A stretch of DNA of 63,246 bases, filler included, from Craspedostauros australis (lineage: Eukaryota), in NCBI GenBank assembly GCA_030167865.1. It is 5 parts of 5 records of this genome, joined end to end, with 100 filler letters (N's around TTAATTAATTAA, not from the genome) between each part and the next. Parts side by side here need not be neighbours in the genome. Positions count along the whole stretch, not along the records: positions 56,152 to 63,246 come from JALAGF010004941.1; 4 more parts are not named here. One strand, written 5' to 3'. Below the pieces are notes generated by a model. That model had not been told where the DNA came from, did not search any database, and saw nothing but the letters and a program-made list of their open reading frames with translations. The translations under genes and the position numbers were made by a program. Position 1 is the first letter of the stretch; each line of letters starts with the position of its first letter. Positions 56,252 through 63,246 of this stretch are shown piece after piece.

Positions 56252-57703
56252 ATGGACTTTGATATTGCAACGGCATTGCGAGACAACATCACATCGGTGC
56301 TTCTCCTCCTGCTCGCACTTGCCATCGGATGGTTGGTTGTCGCCTTCAACAAACCACCCGCCAAGGATGCTCCCGTCAAGACTACTGTTGGGATCATGGA
56401 GTCTATCAAGATGTTTGTGTCATCCGAATCGCCATGGTGGCATCTCCAACTTCGAGAATCTTTGGGGTCCTCCATCTTTCAGCACAACATCCCCATCCCC
56501 GGTGGTATGTATGTCCTCTGCTCCGCGAAGGATCAGCGTGAAGTTCTGCTCGACAAGACGGCTGACAAGCCGTTGCAACTGCTTGCAAGTGTCGATACCT
56601 TGATTGGACACAAGCAGATGTCCATGCGCTCAACACTTGACCCACGTACGAAGCAAATGAGGAAAGCTATCTTGCACTCGCTTTCTTCTTCGGAAGTCAA
56701 TCGAATGAATTCCATCTGCACGAAGTACGTCAAGCAGTGGGAAACAGAGTTCCTCGAGAAGCTGGCAGACACCGACGCCACGTTCGATCCATCCATCGAG
56801 TTGCCAAAGACCGTGTTCAAGTCCATCATGGAAGCGGCCTTCGAATACGAATCGACTCCGGAAGACTTCCATTTCTTCACATCCAACTTCGAAGTGGGCG
56901 CACGTGAGTTCATCTTCCGCCAAGCCGTCAATCCCTTGCGGAAGGCATTCAGCTTCGTGATCCCAGAGGTCTGGGCGGCGCGCAAATGCTGCTCCGCTAT
57001 GCAGGACTTTGCGAAGAAGATCTTGATGGCCTATCGCGAGAATCCCAACAAATCGGAACACAACACGTTGATTAAGATGATCGAGTCCAATCCGTACAGT
57101 ATGTGCGAGAAAGAGAAGGTTGCGGAGCTCCTTTCATTGATTATCGGCGGTTTCGATTCGACGGGATACACCCTTTCCAACACTCTCGTGTTACTTGCAA
57201 AGCACCCCAAGGAGATGAAGAAGCTGCAGCAATCGTTGTTGCAGGGCGATCCCGCACAATCCAAGGATCATCTCAAACGCGTGATCACCGAATCCCAGCG
57301 AGTGCTCCCTGTTGCTGCGATGAATCCCATCCGTCTTGTCAATCACGACTTCATCTTGATTGATGAACCTTCCAATCGCAAGGTCAAGGTGCCGAAGGGT
57401 GCCACTGTTTTGCTTCCGCTGATTTTGTCTCACCGAGACAAGATGGTGTTCAAAGATGCTACTCAGTTCAAACCTGCTCGATGGGAGAATCCGACCAAGG
57501 AAATGATTCAGAGCAATCTCTCATTCGCCTTGGGCAATCGTAACTGTCCTGGCCAATCGTTGGCCACTGCTGAGCTCTACGCGGTGTTGCCAAGCATCTT
57601 GTCCAAGTACGAGTTCGAATTGGTGGCGGAGGGCAAACTGGATTATTTCATGACATTGAAATACACCAACACCAAGCTCCGTGTGAAGAGGGTGCAAACT
57701 TGA
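56252..57703 (+). CDS. Cytochrome P450, copy 1 (483 aa)
   Basis: N-terminal anchor, I-helix GGFDST, K-helix ESQR, FKPARW and heme motif FALGNRNCPG. Confidence 0.95.
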   Translation: MDFDIATALRDNITSVLLLLLALAIGWLVVAFNKPPAKDAPVKTTVGIMESIKMFVSSESPWWHLQLRESLGSSIFQHNIPIPGGMYVLCSAKDQREVLLDKTADKPLQLLASVDTLIGHKQMSMRSTLDPRTKQMRKAILHSLSSSEVNRMNSICTKYVKQWETEFLEKLADTDATFDPSIELPKTVFKSIMEAAFEYESTPEDFHFFTSNFEVGAREFIFRQAVNPLRKAFSFVIPEVWAARKCCSAMQDFAKKILMAYRENPNKSEHNTLIKMIESNPYSMCEKEKVAELLSLIIGGFDSTGYTLSNTLVLLAKHPKEMKKLQQSLLQGDPAQSKDHLKRVITESQRVLPVAAMNPIRLVNHDFILIDEPSNRKVKVPKGATVLLPLILSHRDKMVFKDATQFKPARWENPTKEMIQSNLSFALGNRNCPGQSLATAELYAVLPSILSKYEFELVAEGKLDYFMTLKYTNTKLRVKRVQT

Positions 57704-58312
57704 GGAGGAGCACGAAATGAATGTCCCAAAGTTTCGGCAAACGCCGTATTTATTGATAATACATTCCAGAATCACTCACTACTGATAATACTTGAAGTCC
57801 CAAGTCCCGGATACCTCCAACACAACACCTTTTTTCATTGTTGTTCGTCAGTGCCGCCACCGAGAGGAAGAACCATAAATCTCACCCCAGACCCTGACAA
57901 GGTACAGTTGCGTTCGACAAGGTTGTCCCCGCATTCTCTCCTGTCCGCGCCACCCTCAAATCACTTCAACGAGCTGTGGGTGATGACGGTTGTCTTCTGT
58001 CTCGCATCATTCTCAGTACGCACGCTTTTGTCTCCTCTCCCAACCAGAGAACGAACGAAGCAGGACAACGCAAGATCCGAGGTTCTCGCAGGAGTCGACG
58101 TGTGCAGTTCTGAGGGTCGCTATTGTGGCAACGAGAAGGAGTGGTGATGCGCGGAAGCAAACCACGGCAACACGTGTTCTTCTCGCTTTCATGATCTGCG
58201 CACTGCTGATACTGCGTTGCTTCTTCTGGACAACTGTCGTTGCCCACACAAATCGAGGAACAGGAGCAAGAACATCCCCACAATTACCATCACGATCACG
58301 ACAACAACGATC

Positions 58313-59767
58313 ATGATAGACTTGGACTTGGCAACGGCATTGCGAGATAACATCGCATCGGTGCTCCTTCTCCCGCTCGCACTTGTCATCGGATGGTTGG
58401 TTGTCGCTTTCAACAAACCACCCGCCAAGGATGCTCCGGTCAAGACTACTGCTGGGATCTTCGAAACCATCAAGATGTTTGCATCGCCAGAAGCACCGTG
58501 GCGGCATCTCCAACTTCGAGAATCCTTGGGATCGTCCATCTTCCAGCACAACATCCCCATCCCTGGTGGTATGTACGTCCTCTGCTCCGCAAAGGATCAA
58601 CGTGAAGTTCTGCTTGACAAGACAACTGACAAGTCAAAACAACTATATGCAAGTTTCAACAGTATCATGGGACATACACACATATTCACCCGCTCAACTT
58701 TCGACCCAAATTTGAAGAAAATGAGGAAAGCTATCTTGCACTCGTTTTCCTCTGCGGAAGTCAATCGAATGAATTCCATCTGCACGAAGTACTCCAAGCA
58801 GTGGGAAACAGAGTTCCTCGAGAAGCTGGCAGACACCGACGCCACGTTCGACCCATCCATCGAATTGCCAAAGGTCGTATTCAAGTCCATCATGGAAGCG
58901 GCCTTCGAATACGAATCGACTCCCGAAGACTTCCACTTGTTCACATCCAATTTCGAAGTGGCTGCGCGTGAATTCACTATCCGCCAAGCCACCAATCCTT
59001 TGCGGAAAGCATTCGGCTTCATGATCCCAGAGGTCTGGGTGGCGCGCAAATCCTGCTGCGCGTTGCAGGACTTTGCGAAAAAGATGTTGATGGCCTATCG
59101 CAACAACCCCAACAAATCGGAACACAACACGTTGATCAAGGTGGTCGAATCAAATCCGTACGGTATGTCCGAGAAAGCGAAGGTTGCGGAGCTCCTTTCA
59201 TTGGTCATTGCCGGTTTTGATACGACAGGATACACTCTTGCCAACACCCTCGTGTTGCTCGCAAAGAACCCCAAGGAGATGAAGGAGCTGCAGCAATCGT
59301 TTTTGCAGGATGATCCGGCACAATCCGACGATCATCTCAAACGCGTGATCACTGAGTCCCAACGATTGCTTCCTGTTGCTGCAATGGGTGCCGCTCGTGT
59401 CGCCAACCGCGACTTCAGCTTGGTTGATGAACCTTCCGACCGCAAGGTCAAGATCCCGAAAGGCGCTGCCATCATTTTCCCGCAGATCACCTCCCACCGA
59501 GACGAGATGGTGTTCGAAGATGCTCAACAGTTCAAACCTGATCGATGGGAGAATCCGACCAAGGAAATGGTGCAGAGTTTCATTCCATTTGCCGCGGGTA
59601 GCCGCAACTGTCCTGGCCAATCGTTGGCCATAGCTGAACTTTACTCAGTGTTGCCAAGCATCTTGTCGAAGTACGAGTTCGAATTGGTGGCAGAGGGCAA
59701 CCTGGATTTCTTCATGACACTGAAATACACCGATACCAAGCTCCATGTGAAGAGGGTGAAGGCTTGA
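58313..59767 (+). CDS. Cytochrome P450, copy 2 (484 aa)
   Basis: Start MIDLDLATAL by homology to copy 1. AGFDTT, ESQR, FKPDRW and FAAGSRNCPG. Confidence 0.95.
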   Translation: MIDLDLATALRDNIASVLLLPLALVIGWLVVAFNKPPAKDAPVKTTAGIFETIKMFASPEAPWRHLQLRESLGSSIFQHNIPIPGGMYVLCSAKDQREVLLDKTTDKSKQLYASFNSIMGHTHIFTRSTFDPNLKKMRKAILHSFSSAEVNRMNSICTKYSKQWETEFLEKLADTDATFDPSIELPKVVFKSIMEAAFEYESTPEDFHLFTSNFEVAAREFTIRQATNPLRKAFGFMIPEVWVARKSCCALQDFAKKMLMAYRNNPNKSEHNTLIKVVESNPYGMSEKAKVAELLSLVIAGFDTTGYTLANTLVLLAKNPKEMKELQQSFLQDDPAQSDDHLKRVITESQRLLPVAAMGAARVANRDFSLVDEPSDRKVKIPKGAAIIFPQITSHRDEMVFEDAQQFKPDRWENPTKEMVQSFIPFAAGSRNCPGQSLAIAELYSVLPSILSKYEFELVAEGNLDFFMTLKYTDTKLHVKRVKA

Positions 59768-61019
59768 GCATCGACCTGTGCATTAGAAATCACTTCCACG
59801 TCATAATGAATTCGTGAACTTATGGTTGTATGACAAATGTACTCTGTGATCATGTCAACAATGGATCCGTATCTGGTGAGGGAAAAGGCTGGATACACGT
59901 CGAACAAATTATACAGGCTCGAATCAACAATTTGAGTGGTGTTCGACCAAAGCCAAGTTCTGAATGGGCTTGCCTTGACCCTCACAGCGACGGGTGCAGC
60001 TAGATGCTAAGGACCAGGAACAACTCCTACGGACAACCACATCGGGAGCAGACCTTCTGAATGGTGCCCACGCCTATCCTTTCTAGCCGAGTAACTATCC
60101 GCGCATTGCCGATCCCGAAACCAGTTAGATCGAGAAGTTCTTCAATGCAATATGGCCGCCGAGACGGAACATCAGCTACAAGATATTATTCCCATGAAAT
60201 GGAGGAATTTGTGTTTTGCTCACGATCTCGCGCCGCATGAATTTGAAGACAAGGTCGTACATGTTTAAATCTCGGAGCACGGTCTCTTCAAGTGTCATGA
60301 AGTCATCATCAACGCATGTTATGGCAACAAACCACATTCACTCTCTCTAGATTCAAGATCTGCGTTTGTGTATGAGTGTCCCTCAGTTCTATTCAACTGG
60401 GGCACTTGGCCATGGCTCCATTGTTGGAATCTGCGGTGGAACGTCAAACTATCTATTTCTTGTAGATCGATCGAATCACCTCCAGACAAGTCCTGGATAC
60501 CTTGGATACAAAATCGCGTTTCGGTCATCTCACCTTTCGCGCCACCGCCGAGACGAAGAACCATAACTCTCACTCCAACTCAGAGAGGATACAGCTGCGT
60601 TCGACGAGATTGTCCTTTGTCTTGTGCTTTCCTCACCCGAGTCGCTCACGTCCGGCGGAGCTGTTTTATTCACCCCAGTACTTCTCAGGACGCGCGCTTC
60701 TGTCCCCCCTCTCTCTGTCGCTCTGACCAACGAAGGATCCGAGTTCTTGCAGACTGACGACGTGTATGAGTTCCGAGTTGGCATTGCTGGTCACAAGAGG
60801 GAGGATCAGAGGGTCGACAAAGAGAGAGAGAGAGAGAGAGAACAATCATGGCTTGCGTTATCCCGACTTTCGTGGTGTGCTCGCTGCCACCAGCGTGCTG
60901 CTTCCTCCAGCCACCACTCTTTCGCCCACACATCTCAGAAATCGAACACCAGGAGAAAGAAGAGCAAGATCATCTCCACAATCTCGACCACGACTACTAC
61001 CACGATGACTACGACCACG

Positions 61020-62471
61020 ATGGACTTCGACATTGCGACGGAATTGCGAGACAACATCGCATCGGCGCTTCTTCTCCCGCTCGCGCTTGCCATCGGATGG
61101 TTGGTCGTCGCCTTGAGTAGACCACCCGCCAAGGATGCTCCCGTGAAGAGTCCTGTTGGGATCATGGAGTCTATCAACATGCTAACGTCATCCGAATCGC
61201 CATGGTGGCATCTCCAGCTTCGAGAATCTTTGGGATCGTCCATCTTCCAGCACAACATCCCCCTCCCTGGTGGCACATACGTCCTCTGCTCCGCGAAGGA
61301 TCAACGTGAAGTTCTGCTCGACAAGACGACTGACAAGCCGATGGCCATATACACAGGCTTCGATGGTATGGTTGGACACAAACAAATGGCGACACGTCCA
61401 ACACTCGACCTGCGTTTCAAGCAAATGAAGAGGGCAGTCGCGCACTCGTTTTCCTCTCACGAAGTCAGCCGGATGAATTCCATCTGCACAAAACACACCA
61501 AGCAATGGGAAACAGAGTTCCTCGAGAAGCTGGCAGACACCGACATGACGTTCAATCCTTCCGTCGAATTGCTGAAGGTCGCATTCAAATCCATCATGGA
61601 GGCAGCCTTCGAATACGAATCGACTCCCGAAGACTTCGATCTGTTCACATCCAATTTCGAGGTGGCTGCACGTGAGTTCGCCATCAGTCAAGCCGTCAAT
61701 CCTTTGCGGAAAGTATTCGGCTTGATGATCCCAGAGGTCTGGGTGGCGCGCAAATCCTGCTCCGCTTTGCACGACTTTGCGAAGAAGGTCTTGATGGCCT
61801 ATCGCGAGAATCCCAACAAATCGGAGCAGAACACGTTGATCAAGGTGGTTGAATCAAACCCGTACAGTATGTCCGAGAAAGATAAGGTTGCGGAGCTGCT
61901 TCTCTTGCTCATTGCCGGTTTTGATACAACAGGATACACTCTTGCCAACACCCTCGTGCTGCTGGCCAAACATCCCAAGGAGATGAGAGAACTGCAACAG
62001 TCGTTGTTGCAGGATGATCCGGCACAATCCAAGGATCATCTCAAGCGCGTGATCACCGAATCTCAACGAGTGATCCCTGTTGGTGCATCGATCTCCGCTC
62101 GTCTCGCCAACCGCGACTTCATCTTGGTTGATGAGCCTTCCAACCGCAAGGTCAAGATCCCGAAAGGTGCCACCGTCTTCCTTCCACAGATCACGGCCCA
62201 TCGAGACGAGATGGTGTTCGAAGATGCTACTCAGTTCAAACCTGGTCGATGGGAGAATCCGACAAAGGAAATGGTGCAGAGTGTTATTCCATTCGCTGTG
62301 GGCAATCGCAGCTGCCCTGGCCAATCGTTGGCGATTGCTGAAGTCTACTCGGTCTTGCCCAGTGTCTTGTTGAAGTACGAGTTCGAATTGGTGGCGGAAG
62401 GCAAGTTGGATTACTTCCTGACGATGAAATACGCCAATGCCAAGCTTCGTGTGAAGAGGGTGAAGGTTTGA
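61020..62471 (+). CDS. Cytochrome P450, copy 3 (483 aa)
   Basis: Start MDFDIATEL by homology to copy 1. AGFDTT, ESQR, FKPGRW and FAVGNRSCPG. Confidence 0.95.
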   Translation: MDFDIATELRDNIASALLLPLALAIGWLVVALSRPPAKDAPVKSPVGIMESINMLTSSESPWWHLQLRESLGSSIFQHNIPLPGGTYVLCSAKDQREVLLDKTTDKPMAIYTGFDGMVGHKQMATRPTLDLRFKQMKRAVAHSFSSHEVSRMNSICTKHTKQWETEFLEKLADTDMTFNPSVELLKVAFKSIMEAAFEYESTPEDFDLFTSNFEVAAREFAISQAVNPLRKVFGLMIPEVWVARKSCSALHDFAKKVLMAYRENPNKSEQNTLIKVVESNPYSMSEKDKVAELLLLLIAGFDTTGYTLANTLVLLAKHPKEMRELQQSLLQDDPAQSKDHLKRVITESQRVIPVGASISARLANRDFILVDEPSNRKVKIPKGATVFLPQITAHRDEMVFEDATQFKPGRWENPTKEMVQSVIPFAVGNRSCPGQSLAIAEVYSVLPSVLLKYEFELVAEGKLDYFLTMKYANAKLRVKRVKV

Positions 62472-62765
62472 GCATCCACTTTGGCAGTGGAAGTCTACAT
62501 GCTGGGGCCTTCGATGTTTGCGTCCGAGCAAAGCCAGAATTCCCAAACAGAGCGATTGGCAACATTGAGGATACGCCAACAGCGCCTCGGATTTAAATTG
62601 GAGGAAAGACCATGAATTGGAGACGGTAAATGATATACTCTAACAATACCGATTATGCATCGTACATTCTCGAGAGCATTGTTCCTCTCTCTACAACGTA
62701 ATCGGGGCGCCCCATCTGTAAGCACGCAACAGAGCTGATGGCGACAACCCCTTTGCGCACACAAT

Positions 62766-63246
62766 TCATGGAAGCCAGCTGGATTCCTTGAGCTTCTGCG
62801 CAGCGTATGCCCCAACGATGTAGGCAGGTACCCAGAAATATGCCATCGACGTGTCTCCGGTCGCTGCAAGGAATAGCGCGGGTCCAGGACAGTACAGGCT
62901 GATGCCCCACCCCATTCCGAACATCGCAGCGCCAGCGATGAGCTTGCCGTCGATGGTCTTGTTAGAGGGAACATTGAATTTCGCAGCGGGTGCATCTTTG
63001 GAAGCATCGGCGGCGTTCGCCTTGGGTCGTGTTGGTGCAAGAGTGCCGCAGGGGCGCCCCTGCGCGACGCTCAGGTTGCACATCCCGTGCCCTTTCACGA
63101 ATTCGTATGACACCGTGCTCACGAGTAGCGCGCCGGTCAGGACAGTGGCAAGGGTGGGGTCCCAATCTCCCTTCTCGATCCCAACGACAACATCCAGGAA
63201 TCCGTAGAGCTTGGTCTTGAGCACCATCTGGCTGATGGCCAAACCG
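62766..63246 (-). CDS. YeeE/YedE (sulfur/thiosulfate transport) family membrane protein, 3' part
   Basis: GLAISQM...LYGFLD...WDPTLATVL...IDGKLIAGAAMFGMGWGISLYCPGPAL. Runs off the window end. Confidence 0.88.
   Translation of the reverse strand, partial: GLAISQMVLKTKLYGFLDVVVGIEKGDWDPTLATVLTGALLVSTVSYEFVKGHGMCNLSVAQGRPCGTLAPTRPKANAADASKDAPAAKFNVPSNKTIDGKLIAGAAMFGMGWGISLYCPGPALFLAATGDTSMAYFWVPAYIVGAYAAQKLKESSWLP

Noticed and set aside
60624..61019. N-terminal extensions of P450 copies 2 and 3 in the ORF track (starts 58217 and 60624)
   Set aside because: They start at non-ATG codons and cover UTR/promoter sequence, including a GA microsatellite. Homology with copy 1 fixes the true starts.
56252..63246. 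P450 trio plus YeeE/YedE as a sulfur-metabolite gene cluster
   Set aside because: Adjacency only; the genes are convergent and nothing in the sequence links their functions.

Overview
Eukaryotic nuclear DNA, most likely from a diatom or related stramenopile. This is an inference from GT-AG introns, diatom-type gene families and a Copia element. The window is a scaffold of five pieces joined by artificial 100-bp N44-TTAATTAATTAA-N44 spacers, so adjacency across spacers is unproven. Piece 1 (1-26515) carries an ankyrin/coiled-coil/BTB gene whose 102-bp ankyrin repeats are almost identical except at the binding-surface codons. It also has a complete 358-bp TRIM-type miniature LTR element, a 5-exon M11 (gametolysin-like) metalloprotease, three hypothetical genes and a decayed FAD monooxygenase. 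Piece 2 (26616-47545) is a housekeeping block: START/SRPBCC protein, protein kinase, Rpn13, aldo-keto reductase, DysF-domain protein, methionine aminopeptidase and a PMR1/SPCA ATPase. It ends with a DUF1769-like relic and a secreted Cys-rich protein. Piece 3 (47646-51279) is the 3' part of a Copia retrotransposon whose pol frame runs far past RNase H. Piece 4 has an ABCG pseudogene and a membrane protein. Piece 5 holds three tandem cytochrome P450 paralogues and the 3' part of a YeeE/YedE gene. The most interesting items are the hypervariable ankyrin-BTB gene, the TRIM with tRNA/B-box-like motifs, the Copia pol extension and the P450 trio. All family assignments are by motif recognition only; no searches were run.
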